Shown: one piece after another, positions 37,286-45,017 of the stretch | Layout of the letters: each line of letters begins with the position of its first letter | How positions within the stretch are numbered: the stretch's first letter is position 1 | Source of the DNA: Acidimicrobiales bacterium | Lineage (GTDB): Bacteria > Actinomycetota > Acidimicrobiia > Acidimicrobiales > Bog-793 | DNA: 64,000 nt | NCBI GenBank assembly: GCA_050015175.1 | Contig: JBEKBX010000003.1 | Coordinates: forward strand, 4,104 to 68,103 | Direction: 5' to 3' | The notes under the pieces: model-generated | Told to the model about the DNA's origin: nothing | What the model saw: the letters and a program-made list of their open reading frames with translations, nothing else | Databases searched by the model: none | Made by a program: the position numbers and the translations under genes

Positions 37286-37576
37286 TCAAAGGCTGGTCGG
37301 CAATAACTTCGTCAGCGGGTGCTCGGGCAATGCACCAAGCACTGGTTTCCTCATCCCTAGCCGCCCGCGCAGACCCTCGTCGCCTCGTCGCAGGTCCGGG
37401 ATTACACAGCTAGAATCGTACATAACGGGCATAGCCCGCGTTTCTCCTTGTCGTAGCCTGCGACGGTAGGCAGCTTGTTTGCAGGCGGGGGAGCAGTAGG
37501 TCGCGCGCACATCAACTAGAGCCGGACGTTGGCATTCCGGGCAGACCCGCCGCACCTGGCTAGATCGGGCAGTCAT
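37286..37576 (-). CDS. small Cys4 zinc-ribbon protein with basic tail (copy C)
   Basis: Starts at ATG 37576 (MTARSSQVRRVCPECQRPALVDVRATYCSPACKQAAYRRRLRQGETR...). A 34-nt block identical to copy B lies at 37480-37513. Confidence 0.5.
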   Translation of the reverse strand: MTARSSQVRRVCPECQRPALVDVRATYCSPACKQAAYRRRLRQGETRAMPVMYDSSCVIPDLRRGDEGLRGRLGMRKPVLGALPEHPLTKLLPTSL

Positions 37577-37590
37577 GGCGCCACGGTAGC

Positions 37591-37621
37591 CGTGACGCGT
37601 CCGGTTACGGGTGTTACGGGT
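37591..37621. promoter_or_regulatory. repeat motifs upstream of copy C
   Basis: CGTGACGCGT at 37591-37600, and tandem GTTACGGGT x2 at 37604-37621. Confidence 0.35.
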
Positions 37622-37679
37622 CCCACGCCACTCCAGGTGGCTAGGTCGCATCCAAGGGCGGCTCACGCCGCCCATCGTC

Positions 37680-40193
37680 TCATTGTCCTTCGCATTGTGA
37701 CCGGCCCGTCAAGGCTTCCCCTCCGGGCGGCGACGCCGGCCTTGACCGGTCTGCGCCAGCTCGCCAGACGCCGACCCTTTGATGATGCAGTTTGCAGGTG
37801 CTGTGTTGCAGGGCACGCGCCGGCTCGCGGCTGGCGATCTCGGCTTTCTCGAGCTCGGGGGCGAGTGACTCGCCCAGATCCGCCCGCACAAGCTCGAGTC
37901 GCGACCTACGTCGCACAAGTGGCCAGGCCGCCCACGCGAGCAGCACGGCGAAAGCGGCCAGGGCAAGCCACGTTCCAATGAGCAGTCGCTCTGGTAGGTA
38001 CCAGAGGTGGATCACGTTACGGCCGGCGGGCACCGCGGCCTGCAGCATGAGGCCGTCGTATCCAGACAGCGACAAGGCGCGGCCGTCGACGGTGGCATTC
38101 CACCCCGGATAGTCGGTTACGCGCATTATCAGCCGGCTCGGTGTCGAAGCGTCGATAGTGAAGGTCCAGCTGCTCGTCACGGAATGGCTCACCAAAGACA
38201 CCGGCTCTGAAACGCCCGAACCGCGGTCGGCGATCAAGGAGAACCGCGAAGTGCCGGGAACGGCGTAGAGACGCTCACCCGCGAACGACCCAACGTAGTG
38301 GGTGCCCGCAGGTGGTATCGGGTGGACTTGCGGCGCCTGCAGGATCCACGCGATCCCGTACCTACGGGCGAGAGCGGCAGAGTCGATGTCGGGCTCGACA
38401 TTCTGCTGTCCGCCCCGGAACGTGAAGTAAGCCTGTGGAATAATCGGGTCGTAGGCGGCGAACTCGGCGAGCTCGTAGCCGAGGTTGACTTCCGGATAGA
38501 AGGCGGCATGCGCGATTAGCCTCGGTTGTGACGGCGCTCCGGTGTCTATCCCGACGAGACCCGAGCCCACGACCGCCTTCAACCGTGCAATCGCCGGCGT
38601 GACGGGGAAGAAGCTCTCGCTGTAGGAGTTGATCCCGACTCCGGAGAACACGAGGAAAGCGGTCTCTGCGCCAAAGAGCACCGCGACCGCCGCGACAACC
38701 GCCACCCGAGCGGAGCGACGGCGCGCGAGCCTGCATGCAAGAAGCAGCAGTCCACCGGCCAGAACGCATGTCTCGACAAGCCCAATCGGCCACCACAGGC
38801 TGTCGAGCCTGAGCTCGCGGTACCCCGCCAGATTGTTCTTGAGTGCTCCGTACCACAGAAGGCCCACGAGCGTTGCAACAATCGCGCTCAGGGCCCAGTA
38901 CGCGATCAGCATGCGACGCTCGCCGCGGGCGCGCATCAGAGTCTCGAGCCCCAACGCGGACAGCACGCCTATGGGTAGGCCGACGACTGAACGCATCCGG
39001 CTGAACACCACGCTGTCGAGCCTTGAGTGCCTCAAGAGGTCGGACAAGACGTGGAACGACTTGGTCTGGTAGGAGATCAACAAGGTGACCACGACCATGA
39101 CGACAAGGGCGATGACCGCCGGGTGGCGCCACCAGCGCAGCACTGCGGCCCCGGCCAGGACGAGCGCTATGACACCGACGTAGACGACCGTCTCGTAATA
39201 GTTGCCGTACGAGTAGAACCAGGCGCTCCCCTTGATCGGCAGCCCGTAGTACCCGGGCGCGACAAGCAGGCCGAGGGTGCCCGCGTTGACGCCCGCGAAG
39301 CCCGTCAGCGTTTCGCGATGGCTGCCTTTCACAACTTGCAGCCCCGGGAACCACAACGGCGCCGAGAGCACGCCTCCCGCGACGATCCCGGCCGCGACGC
39401 GCACCACGCCCGAGAGCGAGAGCCGGCGCCTTTGGGCAAGGGTCACAACCGCCAACGCGACGAAGAAGCTAATGAGCGCTGCCGCGACGAAGAAGTACGC
39501 CTCGGGGAAGCCCCCGTATACGCAGAACGCGATCGCCAGGGCCAATAGGACCACGTAGGAGCGTTTCCCCTTCCAGCGGTAGGAGAGGATCGCGAGCGCC
39601 GCGATCCAGCCGAGCCAGGCCACCACGCCCGACAAGGGCCAGGTGAGCCAGGAGGAGAACGCGCCCGAGAGCATGTAAACCACCCCGCCCAGCACCGAGG
39701 CGAGCGGTCGCAGGCCGAGGACGCGGCACAGCGCGTAGGCGCCAGTCCCCGCGATGAGCAGCTTCATCGCCACGACGACGAGGAACGCGAACCGGAGCGG
39801 GACGAGATAGCTCGTGAGGTCGGGCAGGCTCAGCACGGCGGACTGGAAGTTGAGGAACTGGGGCAGCCCGAGCAGGCTCAGGTCGTTCCACAGCGGGAAC
39901 TGGAGATGGTGGATCGCCGTCCAGTCGAAGGTGTTGAAGGGCACCATCTGGGTCACCGAATCGCTACTCAGCCAGTTGTGCGGCCCGAAGGGGTACGTGC
40001 CTGTGCCGAGTGACGTGACGGGGATGACCCTGTCGAAGCTGCCGAAGCTCCAGCCGTCCTTGGCTGCCGGCGACAGGTAGGCGAGCACGAAGCCGACGAG
40101 GGCCGAGACGCCGAAGAAGTCAGCGCGCCAGCAGCGCCACCAGTCCGCCACACGTGAACGCGAATGCGCAGCTATGCCTGTCATCAGATCCAC
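37680..40193 (-). CDS. YfhO-like large polytopic membrane protein (GT-C superfamily)
   Basis: 837 aa. The N-terminal third (…PFGPHNWLSSDSVTQMVPFNTFDWTAIHHLQFPLWNDLSLLGLP…) and the many-TM plus C-terminal extracytoplasmic architecture resemble YfhO-family proteins. GGAGTGG lies 7 nt upstream of the ATG. Confidence 0.6.
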   Translation of the reverse strand: MDLMTGIAAHSRSRVADWWRCWRADFFGVSALVGFVLAYLSPAAKDGWSFGSFDRVIPVTSLGTGTYPFGPHNWLSSDSVTQMVPFNTFDWTAIHHLQFPLWNDLSLLGLPQFLNFQSAVLSLPDLTSYLVPLRFAFLVVVAMKLLIAGTGAYALCRVLGLRPLASVLGGVVYMLSGAFSSWLTWPLSGVVAWLGWIAALAILSYRWKGKRSYVVLLALAIAFCVYGGFPEAYFFVAAALISFFVALAVVTLAQRRRLSLSGVVRVAAGIVAGGVLSAPLWFPGLQVVKGSHRETLTGFAGVNAGTLGLLVAPGYYGLPIKGSAWFYSYGNYYETVVYVGVIALVLAGAAVLRWWRHPAVIALVVMVVVTLLISYQTKSFHVLSDLLRHSRLDSVVFSRMRSVVGLPIGVLSALGLETLMRARGERRMLIAYWALSAIVATLVGLLWYGALKNNLAGYRELRLDSLWWPIGLVETCVLAGGLLLLACRLARRRSARVAVVAAVAVLFGAETAFLVFSGVGINSYSESFFPVTPAIARLKAVVGSGLVGIDTGAPSQPRLIAHAAFYPEVNLGYELAEFAAYDPIIPQAYFTFRGGQQNVEPDIDSAALARRYGIAWILQAPQVHPIPPAGTHYVGSFAGERLYAVPGTSRFSLIADRGSGVSEPVSLVSHSVTSSWTFTIDASTPSRLIMRVTDYPGWNATVDGRALSLSGYDGLMLQAAVPAGRNVIHLWYLPERLLIGTWLALAAFAVLLAWAAWPLVRRRSRLELVRADLGESLAPELEKAEIASREPARALQHSTCKLHHQRVGVWRAGADRSRPASPPGGEALTGRSQCEGQ

Positions 40194-40295
40194 TCCGGTG
40201 TTCCTTTGGCCTGGCGCATCCCAGGCTCCACGATACGTTTAGCGACACCCTGAACGACGAAATTATTCAGCTGCCTCCGACTTCAGCCAGCTTCG

Positions 40296-40475
40296 CTAGT
40301 GCTGCCGACGATGAAACGTGTGCCGTCCGCTCCCACGGCGGATATCCAAGGCCGAAGCCTTGGAGCATCCTGCCGCCTCGCCAATCTCTGAGAGCTTCAC
40401 TGACTTGAGCCTCACCACGATCTCCCTTTGGAACCACTCCGGGTCGTAAACGGTCCCGGGATTGGCCTTGTCCCT
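40296..40475 (-). pseudogene. truncated HTH-like gene remnant
   Basis: The minus strand reads ...DKANPGTVYDPEWFQREIVVRLKSVKLSEIGEAAGCSKASALDIRRGSGRHTFHRRQH*. It has no upstream start (a stop lies immediately 5') and the C-terminal part looks frameshifted. Confidence 0.4.
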
Positions 40476-40638
40476 ACTTCAACAGCCGCTCGACGTGGGC
40501 GATGACCGCACCCGACTCGCTTGGCCTTTGCACGAGCTCACAGAGCCGCCGGCAGGTAAAGCGCGCCAGGGCACAGAACAGCGCCCGCGTACCCGCGCCA
40601 GCCGACAGGAACGCCGCGCCCGAGTCAGTGATCGGTGT

Positions 40639-40929
40639 TCAGCCACCACCCTGCCGGAAGACCCATTGCCAATCGGAGATTCTTGACGTGGGCTCTCCGA
40701 CGGTCAGCCGGGAGGCCTCTCGTCCAGACCGCTCTCCCCACGAAGGGAGCCTGTACACCGTTGCCCGATGTACCACCAAAATCCGAGCGACCGCCGTTGC
40801 TCCGTAGCCCTCCTCACAGCACGCCGCCACGCAATCGGAGATCCGCTCCTCCAGCAGCCTCACGCCTTGCACCAGGCCTAGAAGTTCCGCAATGGGGGAG
40901 TGATTCAGGCCGCGCTGTCCCTGACTCAT
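40639..40929 (-). CDS. helix-turn-helix protein, translationally coupled downstream of rep
   Basis: ATG 40929 overlaps the rep TGA (ATGA). The HTH-like stretch is EEGYGATAVARILVVHRATVYRL. Confidence 0.5.
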   Translation of the reverse strand: MSQGQRGLNHSPIAELLGLVQGVRLLEERISDCVAACCEEGYGATAVARILVVHRATVYRLPSWGERSGREASRLTVGEPTSRISDWQWVFRQGGG

Positions 40930-41915
40930 CCTGACCCCTCGAACCACACCCTCGTGACACGATCGCTCACCGTATCGGACGCCACCTTTGCGTAATACTC
41001 CCTACTTAGATCAAGAGAGGCGGCTTGCGCCGCCTCCCGCACATCGCGCATGGTGACGCCCCAACCTTGAGACCGAATCCACGTCCGAAACGCTGCCTGT
41101 CGCCGCCCGTATGGCGGGCAAGGCCAAGGCACGTCCCCGCGCAGATCCGCCGCCTTCGTCACGTACTTAGACAGGTACCCAGCTACCACAACGGGGGAGC
41201 GTGCCTTACTACCGCCGTGCTCGCTCGTCCCAACTCGTTGCAGATCGACCTCGTGACCGAACCCATGAATCATCGCAAGCTGCTTCAACAGCTTCCTGTC
41301 CAGTTGCAGCGACTTGTCGGCCACAGGAACGAGCACCACGTGCACGTGCAGAGCACCACGTCGCTGTACTTCGCGCGCTTGGAAGTACTCCACCGCCAGC
41401 GCCGCCCGCCGCCCTCGCACCTTCGGCGACGCCTCACCACGCTTGATCGCTGACAGAAACCGATTCATTCTCTTCGTGAGAGACGCGTTCCAATCGCTGA
41501 GGTCAACGCCACCTTCTGGCGAGCACGGGCACAACTCGCACGTTGGGCCCGTCGCTTCACATTTCCGATGCACTTTGCAGTGTGCGCCCTTCTCTGAGGG
41601 TGCTGTCACCGTCAACACCAGAGCCACCCCAGGGCGCACCAGTTCCAGCCGCGTCCCAACCAGCGCCTGCACTCGGCGCCGATACCGACGCGCACAAGCA
41701 ACGCACCGGCTCCGCCTCGACGAGCCACACGGAATGAACCCCTCAGCCGAGCAGGACGCGCAATACAGGTACGAAGGGGCCTCACAGTTCAGATCCGCTG
41801 GCCGCTCACCAATGAAACCGACGAGCTGGACGCTAGGTGTAGCGCAGCACCGCCCCGGGAACGGTGACCTTTCCGACGGATTGGCCGGGGGAGTGCTGCA
41901 GCCCTCACCTTCCAT
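40926..41915 (-). CDS. pSAM2/RepSA-type replication initiator protein
   Basis: CGSSRRSRCVACARRY zinc-like motif, LVLTVTAP, EVQRRGALHVHVVLV and GYLSKYVTK. These are the conserved blocks of actinomycete integrative/conjugative element Rep proteins. It is shorter (329 aa) than typical. Confidence 0.7.
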   Translation of the reverse strand: MEGEGCSTPPANPSERSPFPGRCCATPSVQLVGFIGERPADLNCEAPSYLYCASCSAEGFIPCGSSRRSRCVACARRYRRRVQALVGTRLELVRPGVALVLTVTAPSEKGAHCKVHRKCEATGPTCELCPCSPEGGVDLSDWNASLTKRMNRFLSAIKRGEASPKVRGRRAALAVEYFQAREVQRRGALHVHVVLVPVADKSLQLDRKLLKQLAMIHGFGHEVDLQRVGTSEHGGSKARSPVVVAGYLSKYVTKAADLRGDVPWPCPPYGRRQAAFRTWIRSQGWGVTMRDVREAAQAASLDLSREYYAKVASDTVSDRVTRVWFEGSG

Positions 41916-42258
41916 CTTCCGGACGCGCCACGGGGTTCAGCCAAGATGCCGTCCCGTCCCCACGACCGACAAGGGCCCAGGAAATCGAGCACTCCTGCGA
42001 TCCCGTACTGTCCACAGACTGTGCAATGTCAACCGCGGGCTCGTCCGGCCGACCAGCCGCTACCGCGCCCGTCCGTCCGTGCGCCCGCGCTTCAACGTGA
42101 CCACACTCCGGCTGCCCAACGCCGTAAGCAGCGCCCTCAGCCAGTTCCTGACGCTCGGCCCGCGTGGGCCGGACCAGGGAGTGTGCTCGGCGACCGCCAA
42201 CCCATGGGCGAGCGCTACCCGCTTCAGCACGGCAGCGGCTCCGTAGGCCGTACCTCAT
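41905..42258 (-). CDS. hypothetical protein coupled upstream of rep
   Basis: Its stop overlaps the rep start by 11 nt, and its ATG overlaps the stop of the upstream ORF (ATGA). No family recognised. Confidence 0.35.
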   Translation of the reverse strand: MRYGLRSRCRAEAGSARPWVGGRRAHSLVRPTRAERQELAEGAAYGVGQPECGHVEARAHGRTGAVAAGRPDEPAVDIAQSVDSTGSQECSISWALVGRGDGTASWLNPVARPEDGR

Positions 42259-42599
42259 CGCTGAGCGTGTTCACCGAGCTCGTACATCAGGTCCCGATAG
42301 AACTCTCCAAAGAGTTCGCATCGAGAAACCTCCGCAACCTCCATGACGCCTCTCACGTCGGTATCCCTTCTTTCCGGATTACCGAGAGCAGACGCGGAGG
42401 GCACGATTCCGGGGGATCGCTGAACAAAACCCGACTGCTGAGCAGCCAACCCACTCGTACCTTCAAGCTTGGTGGGTTCCCCCGGCGGATGGCTCATCGC
42501 CCGCCGATGCGATGCTGGGATGCCTAGACCCAGTCCCTTCTCTCTTACTTTGGCATCGCTGAAACTATCACAACGGTGTAGTTCTCCGGGGCGCGCCAC
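42255..42599 (-). CDS. hypothetical ORF, first in the coupled rep module (start uncertain)
   Basis: ATGA overlap with the next ORF. Composition is poor in the N-terminal part, so only the C-terminal portion may be translated. Confidence 0.2.
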   Translation of the reverse strand: MARPGELHRCDSFSDAKVREKGLGLGIPASHRRAMSHPPGEPTKLEGTSGLAAQQSGFVQRSPGIVPSASALGNPERRDTDVRGVMEVAEVSRCELFGEFYRDLMYELGEHAQR

Positions 42600-42825
42600 C
42601 TGGGGAGCCCCGTTTGTCGCAAATCGCGACGCTCCAACCCGTAACGCGACATAACGGACATTATCGGCGGTCTGGGAAAAGGGCCATTCGAGCCGCGCTA
42701 GCGGAAATGGCCAGAGCTCGGCAGCCGTAGTGTGAGCGGAGGTCCGGGATCGCTGCCCCAGCTTGGGCGGTGATCCGAAACTGCTAGACGAGTATCATTT
42801 TCGGCCAGGTCGAAGGGAGCACGAC

Positions 42826-43842
42826 ATGGCTGCCCTGTGTCTCGAGGACGTCATTGCCTCGATCAAGAGGCTCCCCGTCTCGGCGGCAGCAACCGACCTC
42901 AACACCTACGAGATCGTGGCTGTGAACGACAAGATCGGGTCGCTGGTGGGTACCAGGTACGGCGAGCTCGTTGGCACTGACGTGAGGGCTCACCTCTGGC
43001 CGGACGAACTGGACTCAGTACGCCTTGCCTATGCCGCCATGGCGGCCGGTGCGGTCGACGGCTACGAGGCAAAGGGAGCCCTAATCACCCGGCAGGGCGA
43101 CCGAGTACCTGTCATCGTTTGGGGCAGGCGGGTGGAATGCAGTGACAAGGTGTATGGACTGTGGTTCCTCGAATCGCGCCAAGAGCTGTCGGCGACGTTC
43201 CCGTTGCCCCGGAAGACATCCGGTCTGGCCCTTGCGATGACGGACCACGACTGGCAGATCGAGTACATGAACGCCGACGCCTCCTTGCTCGGCGTGCAGG
43301 GTTCGGACCTTCGTGGTTTCCCGCTTCTCGGACTCCTCCACCCCTCCGCGGTCGTTGACTTCCTGACCGCCGCCGGCCAGGCCGCCTCGAGAGACATCGG
43401 GGTGTCGGTTTGGACACGCGTGCGTGTTGGAAGTGAGAGTTGGGCGGATCGCTACTGCTTCCTAGTTCGGATGTGCAGCCATGAGCCGCCTCGCCTCGGC
43501 ATCGTCGTCAGTGACGGTCCGGGAAGCGGCGATGGGGATGGCGGAGACCCATTCGAAGCCGAGGCCCGACATTGCGCCATGCAGGCAAGGGCTCTCAAGA
43601 CGCTCGGCGCTCTTCCGAGTCTGACGGGGCTCCCCCACGGCGGCGAGTTGTCGGCTCGACAGACCGAGATCGTCTCGCGCCTCATTGCAGGCGAGCGAGT
43701 TCCGCAGATCTCGCGTTCGATGTTCCTTAGCCAGAGCACCGTGCGCAACCATCTGACAGCTACCTACAAGAAGTTCGGCGTTCACTCCCAAGCAGCACTG
43801 CTGGCCGCCTTGCTTCGAGCCTCAACGTCTCATGCAGCTTGA
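42826..43842 (+). CDS. PAS-domain LuxR-family transcriptional regulator
   Basis: AAGGGAG lies 7 nt upstream of ATG 42826. It has two PAS-like modules and a C-terminal LuxR HTH LSARQTEIVSRLIAGERVPQISRSMFLSQSTVRNHLTATYKKFGV. There is no receiver domain. Confidence 0.75.
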   Translation: MAALCLEDVIASIKRLPVSAAATDLNTYEIVAVNDKIGSLVGTRYGELVGTDVRAHLWPDELDSVRLAYAAMAAGAVDGYEAKGALITRQGDRVPVIVWGRRVECSDKVYGLWFLESRQELSATFPLPRKTSGLALAMTDHDWQIEYMNADASLLGVQGSDLRGFPLLGLLHPSAVVDFLTAAGQAASRDIGVSVWTRVRVGSESWADRYCFLVRMCSHEPPRLGIVVSDGPGSGDGDGGDPFEAEARHCAMQARALKTLGALPSLTGLPHGGELSARQTEIVSRLIAGERVPQISRSMFLSQSTVRNHLTATYKKFGVHSQAALLAALLRASTSHAA

Positions 43843-45017
43843 CCTGACGGGCCTAGCTGGTAGGTCGTGCACGGATTTGGCTGAGATGGTGATGCCGGGC
43901 ACCCTCCTGTTAGCCACGACGCTGATGCCAGGGCACGTATCTGCTCCCTGACGTGCGTCGAAGGTGAAGTGCTCACTTCAGCGGGAACGTCGCTGACGGA
44001 TCCTGCGAAGCCAGCTGGTGTCCCAAGGCGCTCGGCTCGCCGCGACGAGTCCTCTCTTTCGAGTTCCCCCACCGTCCCGCCTCAGCCAGCAGCCCCTTCA
44101 TCGCCCAGCCATCCCCCGGTGTCTGGCTCATCACCCTTCTTGGCAATTAACTAATCAATGCCGTCCCGCCCGACCTTAGGCCATCGGCCACAATATGCCC
44201 CATCGTTATCTTGATGGCAACAGCGCTATGGCTGTGCTCCAGCGTCGCCCACCTGTAAAGATAAGACTGACCGTAGTGAAGCGTTTGCCCATTTCCTCTG
44301 TGTGTCTGTGCAATGGCCAGTATCTCGCCCATGACGCCTGCACTGATTCGCACAGGGTTAACACCAGGGAGATGTCCCACGGTACCGTCAACTGATCATC
44401 ACTATTTGTGATTCCACGGATGCTAAAGTGGGGGTATGCCACCCGGCATTTATGGCTGAATGAGGCGATACCGTGAACTGACATTAGTGGTAGTTCAGAA
44501 AGGCGCTGTTCAACTGTGCTAGCCGACAAGTAGGGACTCTCCAGCCGTGGCGTGAGCCGAAATCGCTTGTCTCGACGCGGGGTCAAGGGTTCGGGTCAGT
44601 AGCGACGTGAGAGCTGCGCGTGCCATGAACGGTGACGTGCCGCTGAGCAAGAATTTTTCAACAGCGCCGGCACTCGATTTGCGCGGAGTTCGCGATTGGA
44701 GCGCGTTGGTGCCCAGGTGCGAGCGGAGGCCTTCGAGTTGCCCGACAGGCGACTGGGTTCAAAGGGCTTAGGTGTCTTGTAGCCTTTTTGCTGCCGTTCG
44801 TGTATTGGAATCGGCACAAATCGTTGTGGTGAGAAGAGGATGGTGTGGGCTGGAAAGTCGGGTTGGGGACAGTCGCCCTCGTCTTGCCCGCTCCGGCGTT
44901 CTTCGGCTGGGAATGCGACGGCGCTCCCCCATCGTCGACGGCGGACGGCGAAGACCCTCACCATGCAGGACTTGAGCAAAGGCCGGAACAGCGGCCAACT
45001 GGCGGGACCATGGGCTC

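Larger units (their letters stand above)
32520..44990. mobile_element. lower-GC accessory island with an AICE-type replication remnant (approximate bounds)
   Basis: Hand-counted lines give about 57% G+C at 32.76-32.88 kb and 48-58% at 44.16-44.52 kb, against 60-70% in core genes. Contents: Rep-type gene, gene remnants, duplicated cassettes. I could not find an integrase, tRNA or flanking direct repeats. Confidence 0.5.

Noticed and set aside
34508-37621. Whether the three repeated units form a CRISPR-like or other non-coding array
   Set aside because: The units are 0.8-2 kb apart and of unequal spacing. They diverge outside a protein-coding core, and the conserved block reads as a Cys4 zinc-ribbon ORF. 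There are no short regular repeat-spacer units and no cas genes.
42640-42690. Possible fourth degenerate zinc-ribbon copy (cataacggacattatcggcggtct resembles ataacggacaaagcccgcggttct)
   Set aside because: Only about 20 nt of loose similarity, with no continuation into the coding core. This cannot be distinguished from chance by eye.
32520-44990. Search for att-type direct repeats, a tRNA target or an integrase to define the island as an intact integrative element
   Set aside because: I found none by eye at either boundary. The only duplicated boundary sequence is the diverged ROK 3' fragment, which pairs with 26.1 kb and not with the right edge. The island is therefore reported only as a remnant with approximate bounds.
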